DNA from: Bacteroidales bacterium
GTDB lineage: Bacteria > Bacteroidota > Bacteroidia > Bacteroidales > P3
NCBI GenBank assembly: GCA_900769785.1
Contig: CAAGHV010000125.1
Coordinates: 1-57,204 of the forward strand
Length of the DNA stretch: 57,204 nt
Reading direction: 5' to 3'
The notes beneath the pieces are model-generated. The model searched no databases, was not told where the DNA came from, and saw only the letters and a list, made by a program, of their open reading frames with translations. Made by a program: the position numbers and the translations under genes. Of this stretch, positions 28,125 through 36,102 are shown one piece after another; position 1 is the stretch's first letter, and the number at the start of each line of letters is the position of its first letter.

Positions 28125-29876
28125 ATGAATATAACAAATTATATAGTAGAATTTATAAAGCAAGGAAATCCTGTAGAAATTAAAGGGATAGGAACTATTA
28201 CTCCTAAAACTATACCTACACATTTCGACGAGGGAACAAAAACATACTACCCATCGGTAACTACGGTGGAGTTTTCTACTTCGTGTAAAGGCGATCAACA
28301 AATAGTTAGTTATATAGCAAAACAAGAGTTTGTAAGCATAACTACCGCCGAAAAGCTATGGGATAACTATATAGACGCTCTTAACGATAAGATAAAGACC
28401 GAAGGTAAACACATATTTCCCGAAATGGGAGAACTAACTTTGGGAGCCGAAGGTGGATATACATTTAAGGTACAAGACGGCTTGAATTTATCAAAAACAT
28501 CGTATAACTATCAGCCCTTGAAGGATGTGGTAACCTACGATTTGGATCCAGTACGTGAAGATCCTTTCTATAAGTTTGAGAACCCTACAATACCACAGCC
28601 CGAACCCGAAAAGCCCGAGGTAGAGGATGAGGAACCCGTGAAACCCGAAGAGGTGCAAGAGGTGGTTGAGCCTGCTACAGAGGGTGAAACAAAAACTTTC
28701 GACCCCGAAATAGAAGAAGAACCTAAGGTTGAACCAGCTGCCAATACCCAAGGCGAAACTGAGCCTGTGGCCGAAACACCGGAAAATACCCCTGCCGAAG
28801 AGCCGGAACAAACTACAGCCAAGGCCGAGGAAGTGGTAGAAAGTGTATCGGAAGAAACACCGGAAAATAATCAAAAACCCGAACAAACTGAAGAAATACC
28901 AATGGATAACGACACTAAAAAGCCTATCAAGAAAAAGAAGAAATTGCTTATACCTATCATTATACTATTGATACTTCTGCTACTAGGTGGTGCTTATTAC
29001 TACTTTGTTGTAGTTAAGGATATGCCTATACCATTTATCAACGAAAAGACCGAAGTGGTAGAAGATGAAGCTATAACTGCCAATGCTACCGAAGCAACAG
29101 TTGCCACTGATAGTACCGATATTGCAGTAGCCGATACAACAGTAGCTACATCGACCGATAGCGAAACAGAAGAAATAGACCTATTTAAGGGAGTGAACAT
29201 GTTTACATTCGACCACAATTTGATTCCTATTGACAATGCCGACGAGGTAATAGAAGGTACTACCAAAACTATTGTAGAGGTGGTAGAGCCACGTATGGAA
29301 GTGTTCCTCAAAAGACAACACTATACTACTGCAAAAGCTCTTATGGTAGAACGCTTGAATGAATATATAGTAAAACGTTTGAAAGAACTGTTTGATAACA
29401 ACTTCTTCCACCCTGCAAGATTGGTAAACTATGATAACTATATAACCGACTACTGTACCGATAAGTTGCAACGCAAAAGAGTATCGAAAGCAAAACAAAC
29501 AATAATATCTGAAATACAGGTAAACGATTTGCTAGATGAGTACTTGAACGAACTTATAGCTGCCGGCCTTGTACAACGCGACAAGATAGTGTATAAGCCT
29601 AAGCCCAAGAAAGTAGAACCTGCTGTACCGGTAGCCGAGATGCGTGTTCGCTCTAAACAAGGTTTCGACATCATAGCCGGATTCTTCAAGAGCAGAGACA
29701 ATGCTGCTCGCGAAGCCGACCGTTTCCGCAGAAGAGGTGCCGACGCATACGTTATAACCAAAGGAAACCTATACTATGTTTCGTTAGGTTCGGCTCCATC
29801 GCAAACTGCTGCCGAGGCATTGCTACGTCAGCTAAGAACATGGAACAAAGAGAATATGGTTATCAAAAAATGGTAA
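28125..29876 (+). CDS. SPOR-domain protein with HU-like N-terminus and acidic P/E-rich linker
   Basis: N-terminal IGTI.. HU-like fold, one TM segment (LLIPIIILLILLLLGGAYYYFVV) and a C-terminal SPOR-like GFDIIAGFF..RGADAYV...YYVSLGS. Confidence 0.7.
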   Translation: MNITNYIVEFIKQGNPVEIKGIGTITPKTIPTHFDEGTKTYYPSVTTVEFSTSCKGDQQIVSYIAKQEFVSITTAEKLWDNYIDALNDKIKTEGKHIFPEMGELTLGAEGGYTFKVQDGLNLSKTSYNYQPLKDVVTYDLDPVREDPFYKFENPTIPQPEPEKPEVEDEEPVKPEEVQEVVEPATEGETKTFDPEIEEEPKVEPAANTQGETEPVAETPENTPAEEPEQTTAKAEEVVESVSEETPENNQKPEQTEEIPMDNDTKKPIKKKKKLLIPIIILLILLLLGGAYYYFVVVKDMPIPFINEKTEVVEDEAITANATEATVATDSTDIAVADTTVATSTDSETEEIDLFKGVNMFTFDHNLIPIDNADEVIEGTTKTIVEVVEPRMEVFLKRQHYTTAKALMVERLNEYIVKRLKELFDNNFFHPARLVNYDNYITDYCTDKLQRKRVSKAKQTIISEIQVNDLLDEYLNELIAAGLVQRDKIVYKPKPKKVEPAVPVAEMRVRSKQGFDIIAGFFKSRDNAAREADRFRRRGADAYVITKGNLYYVSLGSAPSQTAAEALLRQLRTWNKENMVIKKW

Positions 29877-29915
29877 TTTATAATAGGTTGAAATAATAAA
29901 TTATAGATACATTTC

Positions 29916-29958
29916 CTGCAAAAGACATTAACCTCTAATGTCTTTTGCAGTTTGTTTT
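29916..29958 (+). terminator. terminator after the SPOR gene
   Basis: CTGCAAAAGACATT-aacctct-AATGTCTTTTGCAG then TTTGTTTT. Confidence 0.8.
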
Positions 29959-29981
29959 GAATAATAGAATACATATAATAA

Positions 29982-30647
29982 ATGGGAAAGAACAAGTTAG
30001 AACGCTTCGAGGAAAATCTTACTTTTCCTAATCTGTTTCAGGTATCGTACGAGTTTTTACAACAAAATACCTTTCATTTGCGTGGCAAATGGAATGCCGA
30101 CTTTTTTAAGAACAACAACCCTATAGTGTTGGAACTTGGTTGTGGTAAGGGCGAATATACCGTAAATCTTGCCAAGAAGTACCCCAACAAAAATTTTATA
30201 GGTGTGGATATAAAAGGTGCCCGACTGTGGCGCGGTTGTAAAACTTCCAACGACGATAAGATGACCAATGTGGCCTTTTTGCGTACTCGCATACAGCTGA
30301 TAGAGCAATTCTTTGCCGAAAATGAGGTGTCGGAGATATGGGTAACCTTCCCCGATCCACAGCTTAAGAAGCCCAACAAGCGTCTTACCTGCGAACGTTT
30401 CCTATCGTACTACAAAAAGATTGCCAAGCCTGACACCATTATTCACCTCAAGACCGATTCGTACGAGCTGTATGACTACACCCTCAACGAGGTGATAAAA
30501 GATGGTGGCTATAAGGTGATATTTCATACCGACGACCTATATTCGTCCGACTTCCAAGATGATGTTAAGAGTGTAAGAACATTCTACGAACAAATGTTCC
30601 TCAACGAAGGTAAGAAGATAACCTATATACAATTCTATTTAAAATAA
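29982..30647 (+). CDS. trmB: tRNA (guanine-N7)-methyltransferase
   Basis: VLELGCGKGEY, FIGVDIKG and FPDPQLKK. Confidence 0.85.
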   Translation: MGKNKLERFEENLTFPNLFQVSYEFLQQNTFHLRGKWNADFFKNNNPIVLELGCGKGEYTVNLAKKYPNKNFIGVDIKGARLWRGCKTSNDDKMTNVAFLRTRIQLIEQFFAENEVSEIWVTFPDPQLKKPNKRLTCERFLSYYKKIAKPDTIIHLKTDSYELYDYTLNEVIKDGGYKVIFHTDDLYSSDFQDDVKSVRTFYEQMFLNEGKKITYIQFYLK

Positions 30648-30696
30648 GGTTGAACGTCTTATTTCAGTTTATCAGAATATCATATATATCCCAACA

Positions 30697-30740
30697 ATTT
30701 ATCCCATATATGTTATGCACGTAACATATATGGGATAAAT
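30697..30740. repeat. 44-nt hairpin (19-bp perfect stem) marking the left edge of the islet
   Basis: ATTTATCCCATATATGTTA-tgcacg-TAACATATATGGGATAAAT. A homologous copy lies at 33455-33516. Confidence 0.9.
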
Positions 30741-30949
30741 CATTATGATATATACTAATCCAAAACTTATCCTATACACATTGCCGAAACAATATGTATG
30801 GGATAAAATAAAGTGTTCTATATTAGACAACAGCATATTTTTCTCATATAGTTGTACTTTTTATTTCATTATCATCCTATTAAACCATCTGTCCATTTCT
30901 GTTTGCTACCTACAAAGCAATTTTTAGAAGTTGCCTATACGATAAATCC

Positions 30950-30991
30950 CTACTGACGAAAATTGACAAAATCGTTCATTTTCGTCAGTAG
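30950..30991. repeat. hairpin H copy 1 (CTACTGACGAAAAT-N14-ATTTTCGTCAGTAG)
   Basis: Perfect 14-bp arms at 30950-30963 and 30978-30991, 20 nt beyond the ATPase stop. Confidence 0.9.
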
Positions 30992-31010
30992 ACGAAAAAT
31001 ATTGAAAAAA

Positions 31011-32222
31011 CTAAATCCTATTATCTAAAAGCCAATCTAAGACATTTATCTTTTGTATTCCACTGTAATTCACCTGATCAAAATCTGTTGTGAGAAGGAA
31101 TTTAGGATAAGAATCCTTTATTCTCTTTAGTGACGACAATTCTCGTTTTAGCGTTTTTTCGTCATTAACAGTGTATGCAACTTGGTAATATTCCCTACTT
31201 CCATCATGCTTTTGCACCACGAAATCCACTTCACCATCTCCCGATTTTCCGGCATACACATCACCGCCACGTCTAAGCAATTCAAAATAAACAATGTTTT
31301 CTAACTTATGTCCCAAATCAGACAACGCCGAATTAGCATGCAAAATATTCTTCAATCCTAAATCTACAACATAATACTTATAATTACTAGCCAACAATCG
31401 TTTACCCTTTATATTGTACAACCTTACGGGATATATCAAATACGATTCACTAAAATAACGCAAGTATTTCAATACAGTATTATGCGACACATTCTCGCCC
31501 GTAGTTTTACGCAATACTTCTGTTATATTGTTAGGCGACACAACATTACCAACATTGTCAAAAAGAAAATTGAGAACATTCTGCAAAGTGTCAAACTTTC
31601 TAAGATTATTTCTTTTCACAATATCCTTTACCACCACCGTATCGTATAACGATTTCAAATAAGGATTCACCATAGTTGGCGAAGATACTGAAAGATTTAC
31701 TGCTTCGGGGAAACAAGAACTATTCATATACTGTCTGAATACTCTATCGGTATTTACATTATCGCCAAAAGCCGATACATATTCCGAAAAAGAAAAAGGG
31801 TGAAGGTTTATAGCAATATATCTACCGGATAAAAGAGTACCCAACTCACTCGACAAAAGAAAAGCATTAGAACCTGTAATATATAAATCAATATCCTTTT
31901 TTACAAAAAGAGCATCTACAAGTTTTTCGAAGTTTGCCACATTTTGTACCTCATCTAAGAAAACATATCTCATACCATCCCCAGGAAGTTTATCTAATAT
32001 ATAATCATAAACATCTTCCCAGCGTGCAAAATTGCTATACTCTCTCTCTTCAAAATTTAGCGATAAAATATTTCGTTCCTCAACACCTTTTTCTTTCAAA
32101 TAATTCTGAAACTCTAACAAAAGTGTTGATTTTCCACACCGACGAATACCTGTTATAACCTTTATAAGATTCTGATTGCACAAGCTAATCAACTGATTAA
32201 GATATATTTTTCTTGTTACCAT
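31011..32222 (-). CDS. AAA+ ATPase of the AAA_14/DUF4143 (COG1373-like) family
   Basis: Walker A GIRRCGKSTLL, Walker B VFLDEVQ and ITGSNAFLLS..GR. The C-terminal GDGEVDFVVQK is a nuclease-like segment. A 60-nt hand count gave about 30% GC. Confidence 0.85.
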   Translation of the reverse strand: MVTRKIYLNQLISLCNQNLIKVITGIRRCGKSTLLLEFQNYLKEKGVEERNILSLNFEEREYSNFARWEDVYDYILDKLPGDGMRYVFLDEVQNVANFEKLVDALFVKKDIDLYITGSNAFLLSSELGTLLSGRYIAINLHPFSFSEYVSAFGDNVNTDRVFRQYMNSSCFPEAVNLSVSSPTMVNPYLKSLYDTVVVKDIVKRNNLRKFDTLQNVLNFLFDNVGNVVSPNNITEVLRKTTGENVSHNTVLKYLRYFSESYLIYPVRLYNIKGKRLLASNYKYYVVDLGLKNILHANSALSDLGHKLENIVYFELLRRGGDVYAGKSGDGEVDFVVQKHDGSREYYQVAYTVNDEKTLKRELSSLKRIKDSYPKFLLTTDFDQVNYSGIQKINVLDWLLDNRI

Positions 32223-32239
32223 AGAAATAATATTTTTTG

Positions 32240-32247
32240 CAAAGATA
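32240..32247 (-). promoter_or_regulatory. -7 box TATCTTTG for the ATPase gene
   Basis: TAnnTTTG lies 18 nt upstream of the ATG. Hairpin H2 begins 6 nt further upstream and covers the -33 region. Confidence 0.5.
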
Positions 32248-32252
32248 CTAAG

Positions 32253-32294
32253 TTATTGACGAAAATCAAAGAAAATATTCATTTTCGTCAGTAG
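32253..32294. repeat. hairpin H copy 2
   Basis: TTATTGACGAAAAT-N14-ATTTTCGTCAGTAG, with 12 of 14 arm positions pairing. Confidence 0.85.
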
Positions 32295-32548
32295 AAATAC
32301 AGCAATTAAACAACCAATGAAATAATAATGATTAACAACAATCTACATAAATATTACGAACATTAATCATCACATACAATAAATCCCTACTGACGAAAAT
32401 TGACAAAATCGCTCATTTTCGTCAGTAGAAATACAGCAATTAAACAACTATAGTAATGATAATGATTAACAACAATCTACATAAATATTACAATCATTCA
32501 TTATCACATACAACAAATCTCTCCTGAAAAAATCCACAAATCACTTTT
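32281..32548 (+). repeat. 134-bp tandem duplication (2 units, about 85% identical)
   Basis: The units start at 32281 and 32415 with 34 identical nt (ATTTTCGTCAGTAGAAATACAGCAATTAAACAAC). The second unit ends in a decayed hairpin arm. Confidence 0.85.
32387..32428. repeat. hairpin H copy 3
   Basis: Perfect 14-bp arms at 32387-32400 and 32415-32428. The loop tgacaaaatcgctc differs from the H1 loop at one position. Confidence 0.9.
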
Positions 32549-32570
32549 TTGGAAGTTGACAAAAAAGTAT

Positions 32571-32578
32571 TATCTTTG
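32571..32578 (+). promoter_or_regulatory. -7 box TATCTTTG for the MGMT-fold gene
   Basis: TAnnTTTG lies 47 nt upstream of the ATG at 32625, with TTGACA 14 nt upstream of the box. Confidence 0.5.
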
Positions 32579-32624
32579 CACACTGAAAACAAAACATTTT
32601 TCACTCGTAAAATACTGATTCTTT

Positions 32625-33107
32625 ATGGCAAAGACAAAAGAAAAAGACTTCAACGCAATGCTTCACGACAGTAAAGATATGCCCAAAGTAAAAGAGCTAA
32701 CCTCCCCAGAAGTAATAAAACGATATGGAGGAAGCAAAATGCTTTTGGCTCCTCCCATCGAATACGATACACTTATCAAGAAAATAGAAAAAGGCAAGCT
32801 TACTACTACCGAACAGCTTAGAACAACATTGGCAAAAAAACACAACGCCGATTTCACTTGTCCTCTCACCGCAGGAATATTCATAAGCATAGTAGCACAT
32901 GCTAGCGAACAACGCCAAGAAAACCTTACACCCTACTGGAGGGTTCTGAAAAAGGACGGCGAACTAAACGAAAAATTCCCCGGAGGCATAGAAGCACAAG
33001 GAAGAAAGCTCGAAGAAGAAGGATTTTCTATAATAGAAAAAGGACGTACAAAAATTAAATACTTCGTAAAAGGCTACGAAAACTTTTTGGCGGACTTAGA
33101 GAAGTAA
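32625..33107 (+). CDS. MGMT-fold DNA-binding protein lacking the acceptor Cys (alkyltransferase-like)
   Basis: The helix-turn-helix region (CPLTAGIFISIVA..) is followed by TPYWRVL, where active MGMTs have PCHRV. Confidence 0.6.
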   Translation: MAKTKEKDFNAMLHDSKDMPKVKELTSPEVIKRYGGSKMLLAPPIEYDTLIKKIEKGKLTTTEQLRTTLAKKHNADFTCPLTAGIFISIVAHASEQRQENLTPYWRVLKKDGELNEKFPGGIEAQGRKLEEEGFSIIEKGRTKIKYFVKGYENFLADLEK

Positions 33108-33142
33108 CACTAAGCTACTTCTAAAAACATTCGCATTGATGC

Positions 33143-33275
33143 AAAAAATCCTTGATGTAAAAGCTGTAAACCTTACGATAAAACTGAAAATCCTTATGCT
33201 TACAGTCAAAAAGATCCGATCTTTTACCCTAAAAGATCACACTTTTTACCCCAAAAGATCCGATCTTTTGCATGC
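33143..33275. repeat. A-tract-anchored ~22-bp phased array including two 17-bp palindromes
   Basis: AAAAGATC-C-GATCTTTT occurs at 33209 and 33253, with half-copy AAAAGATCAC at 33231 (exact 22-bp steps). Looser AAAA-anchored units lie at 33159 and 33180. Confidence 0.7.
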
Positions 33276-33372
33276 TCCCCTTCAGAGTTTTTAAATTTAC
33301 CTCAAGCTTTACAACCATCATCTCCTTTATTTTAGACTTTTACTCAAGCATAGGCTTGCTATACTCAAAAAT

Positions 33373-33418
33373 CCCTACTGACGAAAATCAAATAAATCGC
33401 TCATTTTCGTCAGTAGGG
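33373..33418. repeat. hairpin H copy 4 (16-bp perfect stem)
   Basis: CCCTACTGACGAAAAT-N14-ATTTTCGTCAGTAGGG. Confidence 0.9.
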
Positions 33419-33454
33419 AAAATGCTTAACTCCGAGGATAATTCCTCTTATCAA

Positions 33455-33516
33455 ATTATCCCATATATCTTAACCTTCATAACATATATACGTTAGTACA
33501 GCAAGATATATGGGAC
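33455..33516. repeat. expanded homologue of the 30697 hairpin marking the right edge of the islet
   Basis: ATTATCCCATATATC ... CATAACATATATA ... GATATATGGGAC uses the same words as 30697-30740, with insertions. Confidence 0.75.
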
Positions 33517-33665
33517 GAAACTCCCATACTTACGGGTCAAAACCATGGGAGTTACAGGTCAAAACTATGGCACTTTTGGGTCGTAAACCGCAGGGTTGCG
33601 GGTGCTAAATATGGGGTTGGCAAATGGCTACCTTGTGGTATTGTTGCAAACCGGTAGGGGAGATG
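33512..33665. repeat. degenerate 22-bp phased array, about 7 units (GGGTCAAAACCATGGGAGTTAC type)
   Basis: GGG/GGT anchors lie at 33512, 33534, 33556, 33578 and 33600, then about 33622 and 33644. Confidence 0.75.
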
Positions 33666-33687
33666 TTTGTGGGTTATGATATGGTGC

Positions 33688-34452
33688 TTATTCCTCGCTG
33701 CGGCAGAATTCCGACAGCAGTATAGCTGTGGCTACCGAGGCGTTGAGGCTTTCGCAGGTGTGCCCCACGTTGGGAATCATCAGCCGGTGGGTTACTTTGG
33801 AGACTATCTCGGGCGATATGCCTTTGCTTTCGTTGCCTATTACAAGGATGCCTTTGTGTTTCGATAGCTCTGAGCGGTATATGTTTTCTCCGCCTAGTAT
33901 GCCTCCGTATATAGGTATGTTTTCTTTATGGCATTCGTCCAAAAGCGGAGCCAAGTCGGCATATTCGATATTGGTGCGGAATATTCCGCCCATAGTCGAT
34001 TGTACTACCTTGGGGTTGTAGCAGTTTACGGTGTCGGGGCTGCATACAATGTTGCGTATTCCAAACCAGTCGCAGGTGCGTATAATGGTACCCATATTGC
34101 CGGGGTCTTGTATCTTGTCCAGCACCAGGGTCATTTGGTTGGCGGATATGGTTACTGTGAATGTTTTTCTTTTCACCAGCATCCACACTTGGTTTGGCGT
34201 TTTCATTCCGCTTAAGCGTTCAAGTTCGGCGTTGGTAACTTCAAAGGTGTTTTCGGGATTGATTTTCTTTCTTACCAATGTCCTGTTTTCTATAAACCAC
34301 TCTTCCAATGCACAAATGGTTTCTACTTCGAAGTCGGAGCTTAGTGCTTCCTGCACCATTTTTGTGCCTTCTACTACGAATACTTGTTCTTGGTCGCACA
34401 TTTTGGCTGTTTTATATGCCGATAGTTCTTTGAGTTTTGCTTTTGAAATCAT
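33688..34452 (-). CDS. TrmH/SpoU-family RNA 2'-O-methyltransferase
   Basis: ILVIGNESKGIS and IPN..HTCESLNASVATAILL. I moved the start to the ATG at 34452. Confidence 0.8.
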   Translation of the reverse strand: MISKAKLKELSAYKTAKMCDQEQVFVVEGTKMVQEALSSDFEVETICALEEWFIENRTLVRKKINPENTFEVTNAELERLSGMKTPNQVWMLVKRKTFTVTISANQMTLVLDKIQDPGNMGTIIRTCDWFGIRNIVCSPDTVNCYNPKVVQSTMGGIFRTNIEYADLAPLLDECHKENIPIYGGILGGENIYRSELSKHKGILVIGNESKGISPEIVSKVTHRLMIPNVGHTCESLNASVATAILLSEFCRSEE

Positions 34453-34493
34453 TTGTATTGTGTGGTTTATAGGTTTGTGTGTATATTGAAAAG

Positions 34494-34528
34494 AAAAGAA
34501 CAAGATGACGTATCATTCTTGTTCTTTT
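34494..34528 (-). terminator. terminator of gcvT
   Basis: AAAAGAACAAGA-loop-TCTTGTTCTTTT, 28 nt after the gcvT stop. Confidence 0.7.
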
Positions 34529-34555
34529 CGAGGTTTTATGTGTTTGTTACATAAA

Positions 34556-35662
34556 TTATTGTGCTTTGTAGAAAGGCATACGTACAACTTTAGCTTTCAA
34601 AAGTTTTTCACGTATTTTGATGAATATTTCGGTATCTTTCTTTCCGAAAGCGGCTTTTACCAAAGCAGTACCTATGTTTTTGCCGGTAGAAGGTGAAGGG
34701 CTACCTGAGCGAACTTCGCCTATTACGTTACCTTCGGCATCACATACTTCGTATCCACTACGAGGAATACCACGGTCTTCCATTTCGAAACCTACTATTT
34801 TCTTTTCAACGCCGTTAGCTTTTTGAGCTTCGAATATATCGCGGTTGATAAAGTTGTTGCCATCAACAAATTTGGTTATCCAACCCAAACCTGCTTCGAT
34901 AGGAGATATAGTATCGTCTATTTCATGACCGTATAGGCAGAATCCCATTTCAAGACGCAAGGTGTCGCGACAACCCAAACCTGCAGGTTTGATACCGAAT
35001 TCTTTACCTGCTTCGAATACTGCATCCCATACATTTTTGGCGTATTTTGCGGGCATATATATTTCGCATCCGCCTGCTCCGGTGTAACCGGTAGTAGAGA
35101 AGATGATGTTTTCGATTCCTGCAAAAGTAATGATTTGGAATGTGTAATATTTCATATCCACAACGTTAGCTTCGGTAAGCTTTTGCATAGCTTTCAAAGC
35201 GTTAGGACCTTGAACTGCCAATTGAGCCCATTGTTCACTTTCGTTTACAAATTCTTCGCCTACTTTTAATCCCATTTCTTCGGCTATTTTGCTCATCCAT
35301 TTCCAGTCTTTGTCGATATTAGCAGCATTGGGAACCATAAAATAATGGTCGTCGGCAACGCGATATACCAACATATCGTCAACTATACCACCTTTACCAT
35401 TTGGCAAACAGGTGTATTGTACTTGTCCGTCTTCCAATGCAGCTACGTCGTTAACTGTAACGTATTGCATAAATTCTTTTGCTTTAGGTCCTTTTGCACG
35501 AAATTCGCCCATGTGGCTTACGTCGAAAACACCAACGTTGTTACGTACATTATTATGTTCAATTGTCAACCCTTCGTATTGAATTGGCATGTTGTAACCG
35601 GCAAATTCGGCCATCTTTGCTCCCAATTCAATGTGTAAATTGGTATAAGGAGTAGTCTTCAT
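34556..35662 (-). CDS. gcvT: glycine cleavage system aminomethyltransferase
   Basis: FAGYNMPIQY, VGVFDVSHMGEF and GYTGAGGCEIY. Confidence 0.9.
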   Translation of the reverse strand: MKTTPYTNLHIELGAKMAEFAGYNMPIQYEGLTIEHNNVRNNVGVFDVSHMGEFRAKGPKAKEFMQYVTVNDVAALEDGQVQYTCLPNGKGGIVDDMLVYRVADDHYFMVPNAANIDKDWKWMSKIAEEMGLKVGEEFVNESEQWAQLAVQGPNALKAMQKLTEANVVDMKYYTFQIITFAGIENIIFSTTGYTGAGGCEIYMPAKYAKNVWDAVFEAGKEFGIKPAGLGCRDTLRLEMGFCLYGHEIDDTISPIEAGLGWITKFVDGNNFINRDIFEAQKANGVEKKIVGFEMEDRGIPRSGYEVCDAEGNVIGEVRSGSPSPSTGKNIGTALVKAAFGKKDTEIFIKIREKLLKAKVVRMPFYKAQ

Positions 35663-35726
35663 TTTTTGTTTATTTATTTATTATTTAATATATTACATGT
35701 GAAAGTATCACTTCAATTACAATCTG

Positions 35727-35734
35727 CAAAGTTA
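35727..35734 (-). promoter_or_regulatory. -7 box TAACTTTG for gcvT
   Basis: TAnnTTTG lies 65 nt upstream of the ATG at 35662. Confidence 0.45.
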
Positions 35735-35805
35735 CGTTTTTTTCTTCAATAAACAAAACTTTTTCTAGCAAGTTATTTATCTATGTGCTACCAAATATAT
35801 TTTAC

Positions 35806-36005
35806 TCGTGATGTAGATGTGTTTACATCACGGGGTTGTTGCGTTTCCCTCTCGAGTAAAATTCATTTGTATGGTGAGTAAATTTTTGCGGTATTGGTGG
35901 TGTTATTTTGTGGCCTTATGTGCTGTGGCTGATGGTATATTGTCAATCCAATTGCGGTATATTGTTGTGCGCCCGATGGTATATCGTCGTTTTTCGCTCT
36001 GTAAT
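35806..36005. repeat. degenerate 22-bp phased array (about 9 units) sharing words with 7653-7880
   Basis: GGTAT/GGCCT anchors lie at 35890, 35912, 35934, 35956 and 35978. The words CTCGTGATGTAGATG, GTGCTGTGG and GATGGTATATTGT are shared with the 7.7-kb array. Confidence 0.65.
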
Positions 36006-36032
36006 GGCTTTTGCTAAAAGCTATAAAATAAG

Positions 36033-36066
36033 AAGCGACTACCGAAACACTGTTCGGTAGTCGCTT
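36033..36066 (-). terminator. terminator of the M13 peptidase gene
   Basis: AAGCGACTACCGAA-acactg-TTCGGTAGTCGCTT. Confidence 0.75.
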
Positions 36067-36102
36067 ATATCATTGAATCATATATTTTCTATAACGTTGC
36101 TT

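Noticed and set aside
28560-28900. Reverse-strand and alternative-frame ORFs, and apparent repeats, in the acidic P/E-rich part of the SPOR gene.
   Set aside because: This is a low-complexity linker of a well-supported CDS with no true nucleotide tandem repeat.
30745-30927. Short islet ORFs 30745..30927 (60 aa) and 33272..33496 (74 aa).
   Set aside because: They run through repeats and hairpins, have no promoter box, and have non-protein-like composition.
30950-33418. Integron cassette array (hairpins as attC sites) or an IS200/IS605-type element with subterminal hairpins.
   Set aside because: The hairpins have no RYYYAAC/GTTRRRY cores, no intI, and no tnpA, tnpB or iscB gene. The hairpins are near-identical, whereas attC sites are diverse.
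35663-35800. Glycine riboswitch expected upstream of gcvT.
   Set aside because: The leader is only about 65 nt from the -7 box, is AT-rich, and lacks the conserved GGAGAG..CACCG-type cores.
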